Source: a virus
Lineage: Duplodnaviria > Caudoviricetes
DNA: 64,000 bases
Reading direction: 5' to 3' (one strand)
Virus record (IMG/VR): IMGVR_UViG_3300001598_000040
Location: 20,217 to 84,216 of that record
A program made the position numbers and the translations under genes. Positions 29,166-38,456 of the stretch are shown here, one piece after another (the stretch's first letter is position 1; each line of letters opens with the position of its first letter). Under the pieces are notes generated by a model that worked only from the letters and a program-made list of their open reading frames with translations, did no database searches and was not told the DNA's origin.

Positions 29166-29774
29166 CCTCTCGTACTCCTTCTTTTAATATATCTATTAAT
29201 GCTATAGGTTTATCTGTTTGTTGAAGATGCGGCATGTCGCATATAACCTGAGAGGAAAGATGAGAATAAGAATCTTTCCAACAATCTCTATAAAACTAAT
29301 ATCCATCTTTATATATAGGCTCTTGTTTAAAAACATAAATATTATTTTGGATATCTTTAGTCACATAATTAAAACCAATAGCATAATAATACTCCGCCAT
29401 TTTAATTTCGATATCATTCCATTTCATTATCTTGCGAATAAGTAATGGTTTACATAGTAGACTACCTAATGATAAAAGCGGTGAAACTTTCCATTCTCCA
29501 TACTTTGATTGTCTATATAATATAAGATTTTTATCTATCTTATATTTAGGTGGATTATCATTAAGCCAATAAAATTCTTCTTCTGGTTGTACATTTAAAA
29601 TACTAAATATATCTTGTACTATATTACCTTTTTTGTTAATACTTTGAAATAACCTTCATTGCCATTTATATCTCTTCCATACATCGGCATAAGTTTCCAT
29701 CCATCTTGCGTTTTCTTTTCGTAATCTTTATCACTTTTTGCTACTGTATATTGATTATATTCATAATATTCCAT
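29158..29774 (-). pseudogene. disrupted hypothetical gene (frameshift plus in-frame TAG)
   Basis: Manual translation: frame change at an A6 run (29628-29634) and TAG at 29296-29298, with the reading frame continuing to a TAA that overlaps the next start. Confidence 0.55.
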
Positions 29775-29953
29775 ATTTTTATTTTTCTTTCTATTTAAAA
29801 TATTTTATTCCTATTATAACAATACCTGTTACTCCAGCAATAATTCCTACTATTGATACTCCAAATAACATTTTTATCATCCCTTTTCTTATATATATTA
29901 TATAATAATTTTTTATATAAAACAAAAAACCTTCCTATACGGAAGGTTAAATC

Positions 29954-30352
29954 TTATAGAAACAAAGTCATAATTCTTAGAGTAAACAAAATTTGAATAA
30001 TATGAAGACATTGGTCTTGAATTAAATTAATCTTATATTTATTACATTTCAAATCGTCAATGTATGCGTGGACGCCGCAGTTGAAGATAATAAGAATAAT
30101 TGAATAGATAACTGCGGGTTGAGTGAGTGCTCCAAAGAAAAATAGATATATAAATACTGGAATATGTATCATAATGCTCCAAGATAGACTATGACACAGC
30201 AGCGCCGCAATCCAGTCATTCTTGTATTTTTCATTATATTCTTTTTGTTCTCTCCACCACTGTTTTTGCTTAAGAGATGCTAAAATTCCTTGTCTTCCAT
30301 AGTCGTCCCAGATGTGAAAAAATAACATTGCGAGAAATAGCATATATATCAA
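29954..30352 (-). CDS. DUF3307-like membrane protein
   Basis: HIWDDY..Q, CHSL, HAYID, DQCLH in hydrophobic helices. Confidence 0.75.
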   Translation of the reverse strand: MIYMLFLAMLFFHIWDDYGRQGILASLKQKQWWREQKEYNEKYKNDWIAALLCHSLSWSIMIHIPVFIYLFFFGALTQPAVIYSIILIIFNCGVHAYIDDLKCNKYKINLIQDQCLHIIQILFTLRIMTLFL

Positions 30353-30939
30353 TCCTTTCTTATTTATATATATATTATATAATAATTTTTTATATAAAAC
30401 GATATAAAAGGGTTAGGCAATCCTTTTAACTCATTCCGCTGCGCTCCATTCGTTAAAAGTCTTGTCTATAGGGTAGGGAAATTGCTGCGCAATTCCCCTA
30501 CTATCTTTGAGAAAAAAGAACTAAGGGAAGAGGTAAGAGGGTGGATGAGTTAATCTGCTGCGGCTAGAGGGATACGCATGCGCGTCTCCCTCTGCCTACG
30601 CGTAGTAAATTGTGATAGGTTCTATATAAACTTCTCCTAGCGCTGTCGCGCTGTCTTCTTAAATATAATCATTACCACCATATTTTTTCTTATAATATTC
30701 CTCAGTTTCTATAAAATCTGCTATAATTTTATCTACGTTAGGATATATACTATTCCTTATCTTTTTTTAAAACCGATAAAGATATTTTCAACCATTTACT
30801 TAATTCTTCATTAGACATATATCCCAACTTCAATTCTTGCATTTTTTTATCCTTTCTTTTACCTCTAAGGCTCTATTAATTTATTTCGGAATTATTATAA
30901 TTTCCCGAAGGTTTTCCAATAAGAAAGAGAAGAAAAATA

Positions 30940-31680
30940 TTATAAAGTATATTCATTATTTTCTCTCTCCCAGTTATGCGCGACGGGGATTCTTCCTACA
31001 TCATCGCAGTTGCAATATTGTATCAATTTCTCTTTCAATTTATAATATAAATCTAAAAATATTTGTTTTGAACATTCTGCAAATTCATCTTCATTAATAT
31101 CCCCAGATTCATATTCTTCTATGGCATTTAACATTTCTTCGCTTTCATTATATAATTCAATCCATAATTTTTTCTTTTCTTTTTGTTCCTCTAGCGTTAA
31201 AAATTCCCATCTTATATGTTTATCATAAAATCCTTTGCACCATTCTTTTGTTACATATCCTTTTTCTCCTCCTTCTGCTTTTCTTTTTACAGTAGGATTA
31301 TGACCAAATTCTTCCATTTTTTTCATATTAAAATAATTATGTACAGTAGAATATTTAATAGTTAATTCGTCTTTGTGATCTTCATATAATCTTTTAGATA
31401 ATAATGAACTGTTAAATGGCTGTTCTACATTGAAATAATCATAGAAATATTTATCTATAATTTTCTTATTACTATTTTTTACAGGCACATATTCCTCAAT
31501 ATACACTTTATCTATAAACAGTTTACTTTTTTTATTTTGTTTGATAATGTGATATTCACAATACTGTTTTAGTTCTTCTAAGTATTTTTCTTTGTTTTTA
31601 AAAAATGTACATTCACTTACTTTGAACCATTTAGAAAGATTAGAGAATTTTATTTCTCCTTCTACTAGTTTATTATTCAT
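30940..31680 (-). CDS. hypothetical protein (possibly DNA-binding), divergent from the HTH gene
   Basis: 246-aa ORF, basic N-terminus. Confidence 0.55.
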   Translation of the reverse strand: MNNKLVEGEIKFSNLSKWFKVSECTFFKNKEKYLEELKQYCEYHIIKQNKKSKLFIDKVYIEEYVPVKNSNKKIIDKYFYDYFNVEQPFNSSLLSKRLYEDHKDELTIKYSTVHNYFNMKKMEEFGHNPTVKRKAEGGEKGYVTKEWCKGFYDKHIRWEFLTLEEQKEKKKLWIELYNESEEMLNAIEEYESGDINEDEFAECSKQIFLDLYYKLKEKLIQYCNCDDVGRIPVAHNWERENNEYTL

Positions 31681-31903
31681 TATAACATTCTCCTATCGTC
31701 GCAATTATTCTCTCTATTTTGTTAGATATATATATTATATATCTCATAAAATAGAGAGGATTTTTAATTAATAGAGAGAAAAAGTTGATTTTCCCCTCTA
31801 TTATAGATGTTTTTTATTTAATGAAAAATTAATTATTTTGACCAAATTTTCAATTTCAGGATAGAATATAGGAATAAATTGGGATATGGATATGTATATA
31901 AAA

Positions 31904-32030
31904 TGAGAATATTGATAATGATTGAGAATAGTGAAAATAGTGAAAATATTGAGAGATATTGAAAATATTGAGAATAGTGAAAATATTGAAAATATTGAAA
32001 ATATTGAAAATATTGAAAATATTGAGAGAT
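31904..32030 (+). repeat. 9-bp tandem repeat (TGAAAATAT variants, about 14 units)
   Basis: Read directly from the sequence. Confidence 0.9.
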
Positions 32031-32315
32031 GGGGGTGCCCAGTCCAATCCTTTATATACCTCAACCTCCCCTTCTCCTCTTTTTTATACTCGATTCGTAT
32101 AGATACTCACCATAGGAAAATCCATATTGTCTTATAATAAAAAATATGATATAATTAATATATACTAAAGGAGAATATTACTATAAACTAGCAACTTTAC
32201 TAGTCCAAAGAGAACAGAAAATGATTAAATCAAATGCCCTGGATACTATGTCTATTACTTCAATGATAATGAAGCTGTGCGAGCGATAATAGAAGAGTTC
32301 AAAAATAAATAATCT

Positions 32316-32648
32316 ATGGGAGAATTCAAAATGAAAACAGTAGCAAATCAAAAAATAATAAAAATAGTAAAAGAAAAATGCGGCGAGGGGAATTTATATA
32401 CAGCTATTAATTTATACGCCCTGCAAGAGGCTATGCAAAACCTGAAAGGAGAAGCATTGAAACTATGGTTATATTTAGCTAAGAATCAAAATAACTACTC
32501 TCTAGCTTTAAGCCAAAAGGATGCGGCTGAGTGGGGAATAGGTAAAGATAGTTATTATAGAAGTATATCTAAATTAGAAGAGCTAGGATATCTTCAAAAA
32601 ATTGATAATAATAGTAATATATACACATTTTATGAATATAAAGAGTGA
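32316..32648 (+). CDS. small winged-HTH protein, replication-initiator-like
   Basis: ALKLWLYL...LSQKDAAEWGIGKDSYYRSISKLEELGYL; followed by iteron-like repeats. Confidence 0.6.
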   Translation: MGEFKMKTVANQKIIKIVKEKCGEGNLYTAINLYALQEAMQNLKGEALKLWLYLAKNQNNYSLALSQKDAAEWGIGKDSYYRSISKLEELGYLQKIDNNSNIYTFYEYKE

Positions 32649-32694
32649 TATTATCACATTTCGCATGAATTTTATACTGTCATCAATTGAAGTT

Positions 32695-32778
32695 TCTCAA
32701 ATTGCGAAAAATTTTTCTCAAATTGCGAAAAATTTTTCTCAAATTGCGAAAAAAAATTCTCAAATTGAGAAAAATTTT
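32695..32778 (+). repeat. 21-bp direct repeats x4 (TCTCAAATTGCGAAAAATTTT), iteron-like
   Basis: Copies start at 32695, 32716, 32737, 32758; a degenerate fifth follows. Confidence 0.9.
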
Positions 32779-33102
32779 TCGCAAAACCAGTAGAGAAATA
32801 ATACAATATATTACAAATAATATATAAATATTAAAAAAATATTACAGGCGCCGCTCCCCCCCCATCTCCCCACAGAGTGATAGCCCCGCAGTTAAGAGTG
32901 CGGTTCAGTAAATAGTGGAGTCACTTGCCTGAGGCTACGAAGGCAAGTGAAACGTAACAGAGTACCTTCACACCCTGAACCCGCTCTTCTTTTTTTTTCT
33001 TTTTCTCTGGTCTTGAAAAATTGGCGTTAGCCAATTTTTCGCTGCTTTTCCATAATTTAGGAAAAATGGAAAAATATGGAAGCGGCTCTAATTGTTTGAA
33101 AA

Positions 33103-33166
33103 AATGCCATAAAGAGGGATATATGGAAGTTCGTTTATTGCCGCAAAATCCTGCGGCAACAAACCG
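33103..33166. repeat. cassette-boundary module, copy A1 (degenerate 29-bp site plus 35-bp hairpin)
   Basis: ..ATATGGAAGTT then CGTTTATTGCCGC..GCGGCAACAAACCG. Confidence 0.6.
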
Positions 33167-33268
33167 ATCGTTAGGTAGGGGATGAGAGGGAGTACTGATA
33201 AATGGCTTAGGTATGCGGGTTTATGGGAAACACGGGTTTTAGAGCAAAGGGACGAGAATGCGGAAAAA

Positions 33269-33332
33269 GTTTCTATATATGGATAATTTTGGAAGTTCGG
33301 TTTGAGGCTAGCTTCGCGCCGCCCTCAAACCG
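33269..33332. repeat. cassette-boundary module, copy A2
   Basis: GTTTCTATATA-TGGATAA-TTTTGGAAGTT then CGGTTTGAGG..CCTCAAACCG. Confidence 0.7.
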
Positions 33333-33394
33333 CTCAAGCCTTTTGTGCAATTTGCACAAAAAAAGATATGGGAATAATTCCCATATCAGTTACT

Positions 33395-33700
33395 TTATTC
33401 CCTTTTACTTATATCAATTATAAAATCATCGGGATTGACAAAAATTTGAGTAATTGTAATATTTTCATCATATTCAAATTCTTCTATTGTGAGTGCTTTG
33501 CTAAAATTCGTTATAGTATATATTATTTCTGCGTGTTGACCACCATTTGGAAAACAGATAATATAACCGTTCATTTCTTCTCTATCACTCGATAGAAGAT
33601 AAAAATTTCCCTCATCATCTATAAATCCACTACTTTCTAATAAATCAAATTTTTTGTTCAGTTTTATATCTGTCATATTAACTTTTATCATATATAACAA
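33395..33700 (-). CDS. hypothetical protein
   Basis: ORF track; RBS. Confidence 0.55.
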   Translation of the reverse strand: MLYMIKVNMTDIKLNKKFDLLESSGFIDDEGNFYLLSSDREEMNGYIICFPNGGQHAEIIYTITNFSKALTIEEFEYDENITITQIFVNPDDFIIDISKRE

Positions 33701-33739
33701 CTCCTTTTTTTCTCAAGGGGAGTATATACTCCCTTTCCG

Positions 33740-34150
33740 CTATTTACTATCATTCCGTCTAAACTTTAAATCTATTGAATACTTTTTACCTTTATATTCA
33801 AAATTTATCTGTTTCTGCGGGTTGATAATTTCAACATTGTCAGTATTCATTAAATCATTTTTTAGTGCGGTTGATATAAAATCAATTAATTCAATTTTAT
33901 TACTATCAATTTTTTGTGTGCGTGTTGCCTTTCGTCCGTACCCATTAACAACAGTTACAACCTTTGCACAATTCTTTAAGTTTTTAATAGCTTTTTTCTG
34001 CTCTGCGGTTAAATCGTCTTCAGCTTGCTTAGTAGTCATTTTATCAACTTTTTTATCATATTCAATGATGTCTAAAGCTTCTTGCTCTGTGCAACCTAAT
34101 CTTTCAATTAGGTTGCACACTTGGTTGTTTTGATTATTCATCAACTTCAA
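33740..34150 (-). CDS. hypothetical protein
   Basis: ORF track; overlaps the upstream gene. Confidence 0.6.
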   Translation of the reverse strand: MKLMNNQNNQVCNLIERLGCTEQEALDIIEYDKKVDKMTTKQAEDDLTAEQKKAIKNLKNCAKVVTVVNGYGRKATRTQKIDSNKIELIDFISTALKNDLMNTDNVEIINPQKQINFEYKGKKYSIDLKFRRNDSK

Positions 34151-34520
34151 CCTCTGTGGTATCTTCTACCACAAGGCTATAAACCGATGACTTTTTGTCT
34201 TTAGTATTCTTTACTTTACCTTGTGCCACAAGCTCCGTCAATCTCGGTGTTAACTTTGATGTTGTATACTCATAACCTAAAGCTTTAACAATATCAGTAA
34301 CTTTATAAAGCATATTTTCTTCCATAACCGATAGAATTTCATTCTCAATGCTGATAAACTCTTCATTCGTCTTTTTAGCTTTGCTACCTGACTTTTTAGT
34401 TAACAACTCAATTTCGTGATTTGCAAAATCAATAAGCTCTGTTGCAGAATTGTCTTCAACATTTTCTAATACTTCAATAATTGCCTTGTACATTTCTTTC
34501 TTTGTTCTTGAAAATTCCAT
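34134..34520 (-). CDS. winged-helix protein (paralog of 25659-26045)
   Basis: DFANHEIELLTKK...KLTPRLTELVAQGKV...KSSVYSL. Confidence 0.6.
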   Translation of the reverse strand: MEFSRTKKEMYKAIIEVLENVEDNSATELIDFANHEIELLTKKSGSKAKKTNEEFISIENEILSVMEENMLYKVTDIVKALGYEYTTSKLTPRLTELVAQGKVKNTKDKKSSVYSLVVEDTTEVEVDE

Positions 34521-34566
34521 AATTTTACCAAACCTTTCTTTTTTTAAAATATTGTTTATTAGTTTC

Positions 34567-34603
34567 TGTAGGTGTTTTACAAGGTTTTATTCCTACAACT
34601 TGC
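34567..34603 (-). ncRNA. 37-nt predicted H-type pseudoknot in a 5' leader, copy 1
   Basis: GCAAG-U-UGUAGG-AAUAAAAC-CUUGU-AAAACA-CCUACA; a covarying copy lies at 35971-36007. Confidence 0.55.
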
Positions 34604-34651
34604 GGTACGGACACTTTAGTGAAATGAGGTTTTCTCTCATTCACTATAATC

Positions 34652-34680
34652 ATTATATCATACTTTTTTGCAAAAGTCAA
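34652..34680 (-). promoter_or_regulatory. sigmaA-type promoter
   Basis: TTGACT-17bp-TATAAT with extended TG. Confidence 0.8.
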
Positions 34681-34689
34681 TATACTTTT

Positions 34690-35466
34690 TTAATCTTTGT
34701 AGATATTGCCTAAAAGTTTAAACGGGAAAAAGATATTTTGTATATTTTTTATATTACCCTTTTTTTCTAATACTTTAGTTAAAATTTGGGCTTCAATTTG
34801 AGCATCACTTAATGCGGTATGGTCTTCTATAAATTCATTATCTTTAAATAAGTATCTATATACAATTTCCGCCCCTGTTCTATAATTACCAGCTTCTGAA
34901 ACATACTCATTATCAACACAAAATTGTTTATATCTGTCATTGTTAATAAGATATTTACAACATAATCCCCACAAATCAATTATATCATTTTTCATAGGTT
35001 TACCATTTTTCAGTTTATCACCAAAATTTACAGTAACATATGTAACTTTTTCATAATATCTATCTAAGGTATTATTATATAATGACTTTATATATTCTGC
35101 GGTTTTCTTAATGGCTCGATTATCAAAAGCACTATTGTAAGCTACCATACATTCACACTCTTGCAAATCAGTTTGTATCATATTCATAATATTATTCCAA
35201 CTGTCCGCAACTAATTTACCCTCTTGAATGGCTTTTAAATATCCGTCATATTTATCGCTAAAAAATGCTTTACTCATCATAGGTTTATTGTAAAATATTT
35301 CTTGTACAACTCTATTAACCTTTTTATATACCACTCCTTTTTTATCCACTATCACATATCCGATATCATATACCATAGGGAATATCATACCATTAGTATC
35401 AACTCCCTCTATAAATGGTCTTGTTGTTTCTGTATCTAATACCATATACTTTTTAATTTTTCCCAA
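34690..35466 (-). CDS. DEDDh 3'-5' exonuclease
   Basis: LDTET, AYNSAFD, IDLW, HTALSDA. Confidence 0.85.
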   Translation of the reverse strand: MGKIKKYMVLDTETTRPFIEGVDTNGMIFPMVYDIGYVIVDKKGVVYKKVNRVVQEIFYNKPMMSKAFFSDKYDGYLKAIQEGKLVADSWNNIMNMIQTDLQECECMVAYNSAFDNRAIKKTAEYIKSLYNNTLDRYYEKVTYVTVNFGDKLKNGKPMKNDIIDLWGLCCKYLINNDRYKQFCVDNEYVSEAGNYRTGAEIVYRYLFKDNEFIEDHTALSDAQIEAQILTKVLEKKGNIKNIQNIFFPFKLLGNIYKD

Positions 35467-35467
35467 A

Positions 35468-35947
35468 TTATACCAACTCCATTCTATTTTCTGTAATTAC
35501 ATATTTTAATTTATAGCTTTTTAGTATCTCTTTAATTGCGGCTGTTTGGTCTTTAGTTTTGCAATATACAAAGAATACTTTGTTATAACTATCAACTATT
35601 GATAATTCGCTATAGGATAATTTACTATTATGCAATAAGGCTCTAATATCATTTATGTTTTGCTTTGCGGTAAATTCAATTTTCCATAGTTTAGTTTTTT
35701 GTTTTTTTTCTTCAAATAACTTTACTATAAACACTCCTATAACATTACAAATGAATGTTATTAAACATTTTTCCCATAGGGGAAATTCTGCTACAGTATA
35801 AATTAACATCACATTATAAAAAGCAAAATATCCACCACTCAATAAACTTGCTAAACCTTTTCCGCCTTTAACAGTTAAAATTGTTCTAACTGTAGAAAAC
35901 ACCACATTAACAATGCTTAAAGCGGTAAAAAATAATAAAAATTTCAT
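35468..35947 (-). CDS. DUF2179/DUF5698-like membrane protein
   Basis: Three TM helices (STVRTILTVKG..LASLL) plus a C-terminal ACT-like domain. Confidence 0.6.
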   Translation of the reverse strand: MKFLLFFTALSIVNVVFSTVRTILTVKGGKGLASLLSGGYFAFYNVMLIYTVAEFPLWEKCLITFICNVIGVFIVKLFEEKKQKTKLWKIEFTAKQNINDIRALLHNSKLSYSELSIVDSYNKVFFVYCKTKDQTAAIKEILKSYKLKYVITENRMELV

Positions 35948-35970
35948 ATATCCAACTCCTATATTTATAT

Positions 35971-36007
35971 TACAGATGTTTTACAAGATTTAATTTCTGC
36001 AACTTGC
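35971..36007 (-). ncRNA. 37-nt predicted H-type pseudoknot in a 5' leader, copy 2
   Basis: GCAAG-U-UGCAGA-AAUUAAAU-CUUGU-AAAACA-UCUGUA. Confidence 0.55.
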
Positions 36008-36059
36008 TTGACTAACACATATTATATAGGTAACTCCTTTCCTTTACCTTACATATATT

Positions 36060-36088
36060 ATTATAGCACATAATAGGCAAAAAGTCAA
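36060..36088 (-). promoter_or_regulatory. sigmaA-type promoter
   Basis: TTGACT-17bp-TATAAT with extended TG. Confidence 0.8.
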
Positions 36089-36325
36089 TACTTTTTTATA
36101 AAATTTTTAAAATTTAAACATTTTATCTAATAGAAATGAAATAAATATCATCTCTTTAGTATAAATTGCACAATAAATTAACTACAATTGTAAATAAAGC
36201 AAAGAATTTATGCAATACAGAGAAATTTTAAGCGGTTTTCACAGTGGTATTGTGCATATTGCACAACACTTCCGCATTTTTGGGAGATATGTAAAAATAT
36301 GGAAATGGTGTCAAAATATGGAAAT

Positions 36326-36425
36326 TTTTCCTTATATAAGTAAAAATGTAAACTCGTTTCAAAGACTAAATCTCCGGCGTCTTTGAAACGCTCAAATAAA
36401 AAGAGAGGTGGGGAATACTCCCCAC
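36326..36425. repeat. cassette-boundary module, copy B (29-bp site, 36-bp hairpin, terminator)
   Basis: TTTTCCTTATA-TAAGTAA-AAATGTAAACT; CGTTTCAAAGAC/GTCTTTGAAACG; GTGGGGAATACTCCCCAC. Confidence 0.8.
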
Positions 36426-36430
36426 ACTCA

Positions 36431-37522
36431 TTATACACCGAAAGTTTTATATAAATGTTCTTGATATGCTTGTTGGAATTCATAATATTCTTTATCTAAT
36501 TCTGGGTATACTCTGCTATTATGTGCTTTTAAAAATTGAGCTATTAAACCATTATTATAAACTTCACAAGAGATTAAACTTTTATCTATATCATTTTTCT
36601 TACGGATAAATACAATATTTGTATATTCAGCAATTATCGCATCTACAAATAATCTACCTATACAATTCTGTTGTTGTCTTCCCTCATTTATCATATCTTC
36701 TATTGTATGCGGTATAACTGTGATAAATTCATCTGTTTCAAAAAATAATTTATCTTCATTGCGAGTGGCTTTTTGTGTAAATCTTGTTGCTCTGTTCTTT
36801 CGCTTCCAATCTTGAGCTATTATAGCTAAATGGTAAAAATTAGTTTTATTATCTACAATTCCTGTTTCATTAAACATTTCTATAATATCATCAATATAAG
36901 AAATTAAATCATTATATCTTATAATCTCAAAAATCCTATCACAATTTATCCATTTTTTTATTAGATTAAAATATGGTGATGTGTTATAATCTTGACGAAG
37001 AATATAACGCACTATTTCAATTGCAGAATAAGTCTGACTATCTTTTATTCCCCATTGCATACTATAATCTTCCATTTTCTTTGTTTGTATTTCTTGTAAT
37101 ATTTCAGTTAGATATGCATTTTCAATTTGAATATGTTTTTTTGTACAATACTTTAAAAATTTTTCAACAGTTTCAAATTGTTCTAACATATCCAATACTG
37201 CCCTTACATAATCTATGGTTACATTGACCGCACCTAATTTATCCGCTATTAATAAATAATTTTGGCGTCTTCCATCTTCTTTTTCAATTTCATTCAAAAT
37301 TATAAGAATATTTAGTGTTGAGATATTACCAATTCTTGTATTCGGATATTTTCTACACCCTCTTACACAATAACAATCTGCCATAAAACAAGGTGGGGTA
37401 TTCATTTTTAATTTTTTTTGTGTTTTAGTATTTCTCCATATTCCGCTATTAATATCAAACGAATATTGATTACCTCTGTTGTTAGTATAAATAATATACT
37501 GTTTATCCTTTTTAATTTCCAT
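36431..37522 (-). CDS. PcfJ-like domain protein
   Basis: C-terminal P...DMINEG..Q.NCIG...IVFIRK...CEV...IAQ; start moved to MEIKKD, downstream of the promoter at 37583-37611. Confidence 0.7.
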   Translation of the reverse strand: MEIKKDKQYIIYTNNRGNQYSFDINSGIWRNTKTQKKLKMNTPPCFMADCYCVRGCRKYPNTRIGNISTLNILIILNEIEKEDGRRQNYLLIADKLGAVNVTIDYVRAVLDMLEQFETVEKFLKYCTKKHIQIENAYLTEILQEIQTKKMEDYSMQWGIKDSQTYSAIEIVRYILRQDYNTSPYFNLIKKWINCDRIFEIIRYNDLISYIDDIIEMFNETGIVDNKTNFYHLAIIAQDWKRKNRATRFTQKATRNEDKLFFETDEFITVIPHTIEDMINEGRQQQNCIGRLFVDAIIAEYTNIVFIRKKNDIDKSLISCEVYNNGLIAQFLKAHNSRVYPELDKEYYEFQQAYQEHLYKTFGV

Positions 37523-37582
37523 AGTTAAATACCTCTCTCTTTTTTTTAATATATAATCTGTTCTCTTCTTGATTACATACTT

Positions 37583-37611
37583 ATTATACCACAGAAAAAT
37601 AAAAAAGTCAA
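37583..37611 (-). promoter_or_regulatory. sigmaA-type promoter
   Basis: TTGACT-17bp-TATAAT with extended TG. Confidence 0.8.
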
Positions 37612-37704
37612 GATATTTTGATACAAAATAGCAATATACATAAAAATAAATGCGGATTTCGGGATATATATGTACATTATGACGGAGCGTTAAGAATGTT
37701 AAAA

Positions 37705-37800
37705 TTTTGCTTATATAGTAAAATGTGGAAATTCGTTTTGTTGGCGAAATGCCGCCGCCAACAAAACGGCTAATAAAATAGAGATGAGTTTCCCCATCTC
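37705..37800. repeat. cassette-boundary module, copy C
   Basis: TTTTGCTTATA-TAGTAAA-ATGTGGAAATT; CGTTTTGTTGGCG/CGCCAACAAAACG; GAGATG..CATCTC terminator. Confidence 0.8.
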
Positions 37801-37812
37801 TACTACTTACTA

Positions 37813-38409
37813 TTACCACCGAATAGTTTGTTTGTCGCTCGATATTTCACATTCCCCTTTGGTTAATTCTTCTACTAATTGTAAAAAATGTTTATATTCT
37901 GAAGATTCATCATACTCGTATATATATTCTCCTAAACCTTGAACAATTGCTTTAGCAAGCTTTTCTAATTCTTCATTATCATCATATAATCCAAACTTGA
38001 TATTTTCCATTAAAACATCGTCATTATTTGTAATAAATTTAACTTTAGATTTATGCTTGTTAGACTTTTGTAAGCAATTTTTTGAACAACTACAACCAGC
38101 TTTAGAACAACATTGCGTTTTACAAAGAGAAGTCTTTTTTTCAAACATTGTTTGACCATTTCCACTATTCATATTCATATTATCCTCACTTTCGCTCTTT
38201 TCTGCTTCAAGTATTTTCATTCCATAAGTTACATCTTCTGCAGTTTCACCATAACCATATCCAACAAATGGAATTTTTTTATCAGTTAAAGCATTACATA
38301 TATCTGTAAAACAGTTTCTATCTTTAGTTTCAATTACATTTTTGTTATCTTCCAACTGAACATTAAAACCATTTAATACCTTTGTTAATTCTTCTCTTGC
38401 GTTTACCAT
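37813..38409 (-). CDS. hypothetical protein; C-terminal domain paralogous to 38457-38717
   Basis: YDDNEELEKLAKAI..G.Y...EY.H...GECE shared with the neighbour. Confidence 0.6.
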   Translation of the reverse strand: MVNAREELTKVLNGFNVQLEDNKNVIETKDRNCFTDICNALTDKKIPFVGYGYGETAEDVTYGMKILEAEKSESEDNMNMNSGNGQTMFEKKTSLCKTQCCSKAGCSCSKNCLQKSNKHKSKVKFITNNDDVLMENIKFGLYDDNEELEKLAKAIVQGLGEYIYEYDESSEYKHFLQLVEELTKGECEISSDKQTIRW

Positions 38410-38456
38410 AATTCAACAACTCCTTAAATATTTTTTTAATTTTAAATTAATTTTTT

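Noticed and set aside
31801-32137. ORFs 31801-32064, 31856-32047 and 31922-32137
   Set aside because: Low-complexity translations (FSIFSI, IENIEN) of the 9-bp tandem repeat; no RBS
31904-32785. CRISPR array
   Set aside because: The tandem repeats have no unique spacers, and the dispersed 29-bp modules are kilobases apart; no cas genes in the window
32602-32793. ORF encoding SQIAKNF repeats
   Set aside because: Translation of the 21-bp repeats in a different frame from the HTH gene; no RBS
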